Shown one piece after another: positions 15,556-21,994 of a stretch of DNA of 32,000 nucleotides. The stretch's first letter is position 1. The number at the start of each line of letters is the position of its first letter. Location: positions 900,001 to 932,000 of the forward strand of contig NC_015067.1 in NCBI RefSeq assembly GCF_000196555.1, read 5' to 3'. The position numbers were made by a program, and so were the translations under genes. Source of the stretch: Bifidobacterium longum subsp. longum JCM 1217 (GTDB lineage: Bacteria > Actinomycetota > Actinomycetes > Actinomycetales > Bifidobacteriaceae). The notes below the pieces were generated by a model. The model ran no database searches and was not told where the DNA came from. It saw nothing but the letters and a program-made list of their open reading frames with translations.

Positions 15556-18258
15556 GTGTACGACGAGCCGGAAGTCATCGCACGCAGCGCACAGGAACTC
15601 GTGGGCGACCTGAACCCGCAGCAGGCGGAAGCCGTGCAATACCGCGGTCAGGCGCTGCTGATCGGAGCCGGTGCAGGCTCCGGCAAAACCCGCGTGCTGA
15701 CCCGCCGCATCGCCTGGATCTTGAGCCAGTTCGGCGCATGGCCGAGCCAGATTCTAGCCATCACCTTCACCAACAAGGCCGCCGCCGAAATGCGCGAAAG
15801 ACTCGGCTCGCTGATCGGCCCGGTGGCCCAGCGCATGTGGGTCTCCACCTTCCACTCCGCCTGCGTGCGCATTCTGAGGCGCGACGGCAAGTCCATCGGA
15901 CTCAAGTCCGGCTTCTCCATCTACGATTCCGCCGACTCCGAGCGACTCGTCAAAATCATCGCCACCGAATTCAACCTCGACATCAAGCGCTACACTCCAC
16001 GCTCGATTCTCGGCCATATCTCCGACCTCAAGAACAATCTGACCGGTTGGAAGGAAAACCTCGCCGTTCACGCGCCCGACTTCACGCCCGGCCAGCGCGG
16101 CTACCAGTTCGGCACGGTGGGCGACCTTGAAGCCATCTACGCGGTGATCTACGCCGAATACGAGCATCGCTTGGCCCTGGCCAACGCCGTCGACTTCGAC
16201 GATCTGATCGGCCGCACGGTCGAGTTGCTGCGCACTGACCCGGCCGTCGCCGAGTACTACCATCACCGCTTCCGTTACATTCTGGTCGACGAGTATCAGG
16301 ACACCAACCACGCCCAGTACGTGCTCGTGCGCGAGCTGGCCGGCGTGGACACGGGGGAGAAGGCCATCCCGGGCGCGCCTAACGCCGGCAAGTCCGGCCC
16401 CGCCTGGATCACCGTGGTGGGCGATTCCGACCAGTCCATCTACGCGTTCCGTGGTGCCGACATCCGCAACATTCAGGACTTCGAGCAGGACTTCCCGAAC
16501 GCCAAGACCACCATGCTCGAACAGAACTATCGTTCGACGCAGACCATTCTGGATGCGGCCAACGCGGTGATCAGCAACAACGAGGGCCGCAAGCCCAAGA
16601 AACTGTGGACCGCGCTCGGCAAGGGCGAGCCGATCGTCGGCTACGCGGCGGACAACGCCCAGCAGGAGGCCCAGTGGGTGGCCACCGAAATCGCGCGCCT
16701 GCACGCCGAAGCGGGCATCGCCTACTCCGACATGGCGATCATGTACCGCGCCAACGCCCAATCCCGCTCGCTCGAAGAGGCGCTGATCAACACGAATCAG
16801 CCGTATCAGCTCGTCGGCGGCACCAAGTTCTACGAACGTCGCGAAATCAAGGATGCGCTGGCCTATTTGCAGGCGCTCGTCAATCCGGACGACGATGTGA
16901 ATCTACGCCGTATTCTCAACGTGCCCAAGCGTGGGCTTGGCGACCGCGCCGAAGGCGTGCTGCTCGCCTACGCGCGCGAGCATGGCACCAGCTTCTTCTA
17001 CGCACTCATGCACTTGGATGAGATCGAGGTGCCGACACGCACCGCCACCTCGCTACGAGCATTCCGCGATCTGATGGGCGCGCTCTCGCAGTTCACGCGC
17101 GCGCACGACTCCAAGCCCAGCGAGATCGTGGCCGAAGTATTGGAGAAGTCGGGCTTAAGGGCCGAACTCGAGAAATCCGTGGACCCGCAGGACGCCTCCC
17201 GTCTGGAGAACCTCTCCCAGCTGCAGTCCACTGCCGCCGAATTCGAACAGAACACGCCTGACGCCACGTTGTCCGCATTCCTGGAGACCACCGCGCTTGT
17301 GGCCGACTCCGACCAACTACCCGGCGAGGCGGAGGACTCCGGCAAGGTGACGCTTATGACCTTGCACACCGCCAAGGGCCTCGAATACCCGGTGGTGTTC
17401 CTGACCGGCATGGAACAGGGCACCTTCCCGCATTCGCGTTCGATGGAAGACACCACTGAACTGCAGGAGGAACGCCGACTCGCCTATGTGGGCATCACGC
17501 GCGCCAAGCAGCGACTGTATGTCACGCGCGCCGCCGTCCGCTCCCAGTGGGGCCAGGCCGCCGATATGATGCCCAGCCAGTTCCTCGACGAGATTCCGGA
17601 TTCGCTGATTGATTGGAAACGCCGTGAAGCCGGCGTGGAGCGTATGCGCGCCAGCTGGGAGACCGATGGATTCGCCGACGATTTGGGCGGCTGGGATGAT
17701 GACGATTTCGGCGGCGCCGCGTTTGGCGGGTCGTCGACGTTCGGCTCGCGTGGTTCGTCCGGTTCGGGTTCGTCCTATGGGTCGCGGTCGCGGTATGGGT
17801 CGTCGTATGGCTCGGGTTCCGGCTCTTCGTCGTATGGTTCCCGTTCATCGTCGTATGGTTCCCGCTCCGGCTCGTCCTCCTATGGTTCCCGCTCCCGTTC
17901 GGGTTCGTCCTATGGTTCTTCAGGCTCCGGTTCGAGGTCGTCCTACGGGTCGCGTTCCCGTTCCGGTTCTTCGTCCGGTTCATATGGTGGCACCCGTGGC
18001 GGCAAGGTCACCACGCGCCGTACCGCACCGAAATCCGATTCGACCGGCTCTGCCGTGCCTAGCTCGAAGCTCACCAAGGACAATGGCCTGAATATCGCCG
18101 ACTTCGCCGTGGGCGACATGATCAGCCACGACCAGTACGGTCTCGGCAAGGTCACCGACGCACAAGACAAGGGCCGCAATTCGGTAATCACCGTGGACTT
18201 CGGCTCCGCCGGCGTCAAACGCCTCATGCTCCGCGTAGCGCCGATTGAGAAGTTGTAG
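15556..18258 (+). CDS. pcrA: ATP-dependent DNA helicase PcrA/UvrD (SF1A) with a low-complexity linker and C-terminal Tudor-like domain
   Basis: LNPQQAEAV, GAGSGKT (Walker A), ILVDEYQDTN (motif II), VGDSDQSIYAFRGA, QNYRST, TLHTAKGLEYPVVF, RRLAYVGITRAK. Preferred start is GTG 15556 (SD AAGGGAGG, 5-nt spacing). The listed ORF start ATG 15511 has no SD. Confidence 0.95.
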   Translation: MYDEPEVIARSAQELVGDLNPQQAEAVQYRGQALLIGAGAGSGKTRVLTRRIAWILSQFGAWPSQILAITFTNKAAAEMRERLGSLIGPVAQRMWVSTFHSACVRILRRDGKSIGLKSGFSIYDSADSERLVKIIATEFNLDIKRYTPRSILGHISDLKNNLTGWKENLAVHAPDFTPGQRGYQFGTVGDLEAIYAVIYAEYEHRLALANAVDFDDLIGRTVELLRTDPAVAEYYHHRFRYILVDEYQDTNHAQYVLVRELAGVDTGEKAIPGAPNAGKSGPAWITVVGDSDQSIYAFRGADIRNIQDFEQDFPNAKTTMLEQNYRSTQTILDAANAVISNNEGRKPKKLWTALGKGEPIVGYAADNAQQEAQWVATEIARLHAEAGIAYSDMAIMYRANAQSRSLEEALINTNQPYQLVGGTKFYERREIKDALAYLQALVNPDDDVNLRRILNVPKRGLGDRAEGVLLAYAREHGTSFFYALMHLDEIEVPTRTATSLRAFRDLMGALSQFTRAHDSKPSEIVAEVLEKSGLRAELEKSVDPQDASRLENLSQLQSTAAEFEQNTPDATLSAFLETTALVADSDQLPGEAEDSGKVTLMTLHTAKGLEYPVVFLTGMEQGTFPHSRSMEDTTELQEERRLAYVGITRAKQRLYVTRAAVRSQWGQAADMMPSQFLDEIPDSLIDWKRREAGVERMRASWETDGFADDLGGWDDDDFGGAAFGGSSTFGSRGSSGSGSSYGSRSRYGSSYGSGSGSSSYGSRSSSYGSRSGSSSYGSRSRSGSSYGSSGSGSRSSYGSRSRSGSSSGSYGGTRGGKVTTRRTAPKSDSTGSAVPSSKLTKDNGLNIADFAVGDMISHDQYGLGKVTDAQDKGRNSVITVDFGSAGVKRLMLRVAPIEKL
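17731..18003 (+). repeat. In-frame degenerate tandem repeats encoding an S/G/R/Y-only linker within pcrA
   Basis: The peptide is SSTFGSRGSSGSGSSYGSRSRYGSSYGSGSGSSSYGSRSSSYGSRSGSSSYGSRSRSGSSYGSSGSGSRSSYGSRSRSGSSSGSYGGTRGG. The DNA shows reiterated TCGTC(G/C)TATGGTTCCCG(C/T)TC-type units. Confidence 0.9.
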
Positions 18259-18263
18259 ATAAA

Positions 18264-18288
18264 TTGGCCCCTCTGACGAGGGGCTGAG
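18264..18288. terminator. GC hairpin after pcrA; resembles the 5' half of the intergenic repeat unit
   Basis: TTGGCCCCTCTGACGAGGGGCTGAG forms the stem GCCCCTC/GAGGGGC (18267-18284) with loop TGAC. It starts 6 nt after the pcrA stop. There is no clear U-tail. Confidence 0.5.
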
Positions 18289-18321
18289 TTATATACCAAA
18301 TAAATTCGCAAAAAACAAGAC

Positions 18322-18351
18322 TTGTGTTCTTCATCACAGTGTGGGCATAAT
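18322..18351 (+). promoter_or_regulatory. Candidate promoter of the DUF4418-ABC operon
   Basis: TTGTGT (18322-18327), 18-nt spacer, CATAAT (18346-18351), in an AT-rich stretch about 50 nt upstream of ATG 18403. Confidence 0.35.
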
Positions 18352-18402
18352 GCGGAGGTTGTGCCTACGAGCCCTGGGAACAGGGGAGAGGAAAAAGTAG
18401 TT

Positions 18403-18801
18403 ATGAAGAACAAGCTGTTTGCATCCGTGCCCAATATTCTGTTCGGCGCGCTGATCACCATCGCGCCCCAGACCTTTGCGCACGCCTGCACCGGCCATGA
18501 CATGCCGGGTGCCTGCCACTACTCGCAGCAGGCGGCCACCGGCATCGGCGTCGTCATCCTCGTGTTCGGCGTCGTGGCTTTGTTCGTCGCCCCGCAGATT
18601 CGCATCGGCCTCAATATCGCCGCCGCAGCCGACGCCCTGCTACTACTCGCCGTACCCACCTTTCTGATCGGCATCTGCAAGGGCGCGATGATGCACTGTC
18701 GCATGGTTATGCTGCCCACGCTCATCGTGCTCGGCGTGCTCACCATCGTGTTCGCGGCCATCGCCATCTGGCTCGACTCTCGCGCCGCCAAGCGCAACTG
18801 A
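18403..18801 (+). CDS. DUF4418-family integral membrane protein (4 TM, 4 conserved Cys)
   Basis: MKNKLFASVPNILFGALITIAPQTFAHACTGHDMPGACHYS...FLIGICKGAMMHCRMV. The F..C...M.CH(Y/W) and LIG.C...M.C patterns and the 132-aa size fit DUF4418. Start ATG 18403 is behind GGGGAGAGGAAAAAG. The listed ORF starts at 18322. Confidence 0.8.
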   Translation: MKNKLFASVPNILFGALITIAPQTFAHACTGHDMPGACHYSQQAATGIGVVILVFGVVALFVAPQIRIGLNIAAAADALLLLAVPTFLIGICKGAMMHCRMVMLPTLIVLGVLTIVFAAIAIWLDSRAAKRN

Positions 18802-18811
18802 TCGAGCAGAC

Positions 18812-18849
18812 GGCCGGAGCCCAGCCATTCCGAACGCTGGACTCCGGCC
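18812..18849 (+). other. Intra-operon stem-loop between the DUF4418 gene and the permease gene
   Basis: GGCCGGAG-C-CCAGC-CATTCCGAAC-GCTGG-A-CTCCGGCC has 8+5 bp of pairing. It lies 11 nt after the DUF4418 stop and is followed by TCGCTTATTGC. Confidence 0.5.
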
Positions 18850-18891
18850 TCGCTTATTGCAACCGCACTATAAGCAACATAAGGATTCATC

Positions 18892-20109
18892 GTGCCATCC
18901 CATATCGCATTGCGCGGCCTTCCGATTGAAAACCTCAAACGCAAGCCGTTCCGCACCGGCGCACTGCTCGCCGTCGTCACCATCCTCGCGCTGACATTCT
19001 TCGGCGGCACCATGCTGACCATGAACCTCAACACTGGCATGACCAGTATGGAAAAGCGCCTGGGCGCCGACCTCATGGTCGTGCCGCAAAACACCGTGCA
19101 GAAGGCCGAAGCGCTGCTCACCAACGGCAATCCCAGCACTTTCTATTTCACCAAAGACATCGCCGACGAGGTCATGCAGGCCGACGGCATCGCACAGGCC
19201 ACCGAACAGACCTATATATCATCGCTGGCCGCCGCCTGCTGTGCCGAAAAGCTGCAGATCATCGGTTACGACCCGGACACTGACTTCGTCATCGAACCAT
19301 GGGTCGCCTCCCAGTTCGAAGGCCCCCTTGAAGACGGTCAGATGATTGCAGGCGCAAACGTCAACGTGTCCACCGACGGCACCATCGAACTCTACGGCCG
19401 TTCATGGCCGGTCGTCGCCCAGCTCGCCAACACCGGCACCAGCCTCGACAACTCGGTGTTCATCAACCAAAACACCGTGCCCGACATGGTCGCCGCCTCG
19501 GCCAAGGTCTCCAAGCAGGTCATGTCCGCCGAATATGCCGGCAAAGCCGTCTCCACCGTGATGATTAAGACGCAGCAGGGGTACGAAGCGCAGACCGTAG
19601 CTGAGAACATCAAGCGTCTTGATTCCCGATTCGCCGATTTGGGGTACGTATACCCCGGCGGCATCACCGCCAACACCAGAACTTCGCTGACCGCGCTTGT
19701 CACCTACCTCAAGATTTTCGTGGCGGTGATCTGGGTAATGGGCGTGATTGTGCTGCTCGCCGTATTCGCCTCGTCGGTGAACGAACGCAAACGCGAATTC
19801 GCGTCCCTGCGCATCATGGGCGCCACGCGCGGCATGTTGAATGCCATCATTCTGAAGGAATCCGCCATCATCGGTCTGATCGGTGGCGTAATCGGCGTCG
19901 GCGCGGCCAGCCTGGTGATTTTCCCATTCAGTTCGCTGATCGGCAAACAGCTTCAATTGCCGTATCTGCAAGCCAGCCCGGTTGCGGTGATCGGATTCAT
20001 TGCCGTGACCATTGTGTGCTCTACGGTCATCGGCATCATCGGTTCGCTGGCCACCATGTGGCGTCTCGGCCGGCCCGAAGCCTACCTGACCCTGCGAGAG
20101 GGGGAGTGA
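18892..20109 (+). CDS. FtsX-like (MacB-type) ABC transporter permease
   Basis: GTG start with AAGGA upstream. The protein starts with an N-terminal TM (LLAVVTILALTFFGG), followed by a roughly 230-aa extracytoplasmic domain and 3 C-terminal TMs. It also carries the FtsX-type segment ERKREFASLRIMGATRGML. Confidence 0.88.
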   Translation: MPSHIALRGLPIENLKRKPFRTGALLAVVTILALTFFGGTMLTMNLNTGMTSMEKRLGADLMVVPQNTVQKAEALLTNGNPSTFYFTKDIADEVMQADGIAQATEQTYISSLAAACCAEKLQIIGYDPDTDFVIEPWVASQFEGPLEDGQMIAGANVNVSTDGTIELYGRSWPVVAQLANTGTSLDNSVFINQNTVPDMVAASAKVSKQVMSAEYAGKAVSTVMIKTQQGYEAQTVAENIKRLDSRFADLGYVYPGGITANTRTSLTALVTYLKIFVAVIWVMGVIVLLAVFASSVNERKREFASLRIMGATRGMLNAIILKESAIIGLIGGVIGVGAASLVIFPFSSLIGKQLQLPYLQASPVAVIGFIAVTIVCSTVIGIIGSLATMWRLGRPEAYLTLREGE

Positions 20110-20110
20110 T

Positions 20111-21079
20111 ATGACTGAGACAACTACGCCGCTTCAGCCGACCACGGTTGAGCCGACCAAGCTCCAGCCGACCACGCCAGCTCAGCCGAACGCGCCGACT
20201 GCGCCGGATTCGCCGCACGTAACCGAGACGCCCTCCCCGGACCATCTGCTGACCTTGACGGACCTGACCCGCCAGTTCGTCCGCCGCGGCACGCCGTTCG
20301 ACGCCGTCAGCCACGTGAACCTCACCGTCGATGCCGGCGAATTCATCGCCATCGTCGGCCGGTCGGGCAACGGTAAAAGTACGTTGATCAACATGGTCGC
20401 TGGGCTGATTCGCCCGACCTCGGGAACCGTGAGCGTGGCTGGACGCAATGTGGCCGACTTGGGCGATAAAGCACTGTCCGTGCTGAGGAATCGCACCATC
20501 GGATTCGTGACTCAAAGCCAGACCCTGCTCGGCAACCTGACCGTGCTCGACAACGTGATTCTGCCCGCAACGATGTTTCCGGAGCCGCTGCCGTTCGCCC
20601 AAAACGCAGAAGCAACGGATGCCGTGGCGCAAGCCGCTGCCACCAATGATGAAGCGGCCGCCGATTCAGCCGCCGACCCGTTCATGCCGGATGTCATTGC
20701 GCCAATCACAGACCGGGAAAACACGCCGTCAAACACGGCTGCGAGCCGTTCGGACCTGTTCGCCACCCGAGCTCGCACGCTGTTCACCCAGCTTGGTGTT
20801 GCCGATCTGGCAGACAGCTACCCGCGCGAGCTGTCCGGCGGTGAAATGCGGCGCGTCTCCATCGCCCGCGCGCTGATGAACCAGCCGAGCTTGCTCATCG
20901 CCGACGAGCCGACCGGCGACCTCGACCAAGAGAGCACCGACATCGTAATGCGTCTGCTCAGAGACCAAGCCAACAACGGCACGGCGATTCTCATGGTCAC
21001 CCATGATCCCGATGCACTCGAATACGCAGATCGGGTGTATCGCATGGACGCCGGAGTGCTGTCCATAGCCTCGGTGTAA
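20111..21079 (+). CDS. ABC transporter ATP-binding protein (MacB/LolD-like) with an N-terminal Pro/Thr extension and an internal insertion
   Basis: Walker A GRSGNGKST, Q-loop GFVTQ, signature LSGGEMRR, Walker B LLIADEPTGDLD, H-loop MVTHD. ATG is 1 nt after the permease stop. Extra segments are at aa 1-44 and about aa 156-212. Confidence 0.9.
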   Translation: MTETTTPLQPTTVEPTKLQPTTPAQPNAPTAPDSPHVTETPSPDHLLTLTDLTRQFVRRGTPFDAVSHVNLTVDAGEFIAIVGRSGNGKSTLINMVAGLIRPTSGTVSVAGRNVADLGDKALSVLRNRTIGFVTQSQTLLGNLTVLDNVILPATMFPEPLPFAQNAEATDAVAQAAATNDEAAADSAADPFMPDVIAPITDRENTPSNTAASRSDLFATRARTLFTQLGVADLADSYPRELSGGEMRRVSIARALMNQPSLLIADEPTGDLDQESTDIVMRLLRDQANNGTAILMVTHDPDALEYADRVYRMDAGVLSIASV

Positions 21080-21277
21080 TATGGTCTGCTGGTGTCTGCC
21101 AACAGGTAGATACCGTCTGGAGTCATAGCCCATCAGCGGGTCGGCGGTAGGTAATCGCAAGAAAACCAACCCGTTCGTGTTTATTCACGACGAAGCGCTG
21201 GGGAGGCCCGACTCAGCGCTTGTTAGGCATATGCAAGGCAAGCGTTCCGTTCAGATAACGACAGAAGGATTAATCCA

Positions 21278-21904
21278 ATGACGAACGTTCAGCGTTCTCG
21301 CCGTCAGGTGCGTCTGTCTCGCGCCCTCGGCATCGCACTGACCCCCAAGGCTCAGCGCATCTTCGAAAAGCGTCCGTACGCTCCTGGCGAGCACGGCCGT
21401 GACCGCCGCCGCACCGAGTCCGATTACGCGGTGCGTATGCGCGAAAAGCAGCGTCTGCGCGCTCAGTACGGCATCTCCGAGAAGCAGCTTCGCGCCGCTT
21501 ACGAGAAGGCCACCCGTACTGCCGGCCAGACCGGTAACGCCATGCTGACCGACCTCGAGACCCGTCTCGACAACCTGGTGCTGCGTGCCGGCTTCGCCCG
21601 CACCACCGCCCAGGCCCGTCAGTTCGTGGTGCACCGTCACATCCTCGTTGACGGCAACATCGTGGACCGCCCGTCCTACCGCGTCAAGCCCGGCCAGACC
21701 ATTCAGGTGAAGGCCAAGAGCCAGACCATGGTTCCGTTCCAGATCGCCGCCGAAGGCGTGCACCGTGACGTGCTGCCTGCGGTCCCCGGCTACCTCGACG
21801 TGAACCTGCCGTCCCTGAAGGCCACTGTGACCCGTAAGCCGGAGGTCGAAGAGATCCCGGTGCAGGTCAACATCCAGTACGTGGTCGAATTCTACGCCCG
21901 CTGA
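21278..21904 (+). CDS. rpsD: 30S ribosomal protein S4
   Basis: MTNVQRSRRQVRLSRALGIALTPK...EKQLRAAYEKA...LDNLVLRAGFARTTAQARQFVVHRHILVDGNIVDRPSYRVKPG contains the S4 N-terminal and S4 RNA-binding domains. SD GAAGGA upstream. Confidence 0.98.
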   Translation: MTNVQRSRRQVRLSRALGIALTPKAQRIFEKRPYAPGEHGRDRRRTESDYAVRMREKQRLRAQYGISEKQLRAAYEKATRTAGQTGNAMLTDLETRLDNLVLRAGFARTTAQARQFVVHRHILVDGNIVDRPSYRVKPGQTIQVKAKSQTMVPFQIAAEGVHRDVLPAVPGYLDVNLPSLKATVTRKPEVEEIPVQVNIQYVVEFYAR

Positions 21905-21943
21905 TTCGGGCCCTCTGGTCAACAAATCCAGGACATACCGCTC

Positions 21944-21978
21944 GAACCCCGCGCTTCTTTCGAGAAGCCGCGGGGTTC
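21944..21978. terminator. Long GC hairpin shared by convergent rpsD and the acyltransferase gene
   Basis: GAACCCCGCG-CTTCT-TTCG-AGAAG-C-CGCGGGGTTC is about 15 bp of near-perfect pairing. It has no U-tail on either strand (I-shaped type). Confidence 0.6.
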
Positions 21979-21994
21979 CTGCGTTGTAGGGCGA

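Noticed and set aside
17522-17983. A 153-aa minus-strand ORF rich in N/R/T/H repeats
   Set aside because: It is the antisense reading of the pcrA S/G/R/Y tandem-repeat region. Its repetitiveness is inherited from the sense-strand repeats.
21251-21925. A 224-aa minus-strand ORF
   Set aside because: It is antisense to rpsD (ribosomal protein S4), which is unambiguous.
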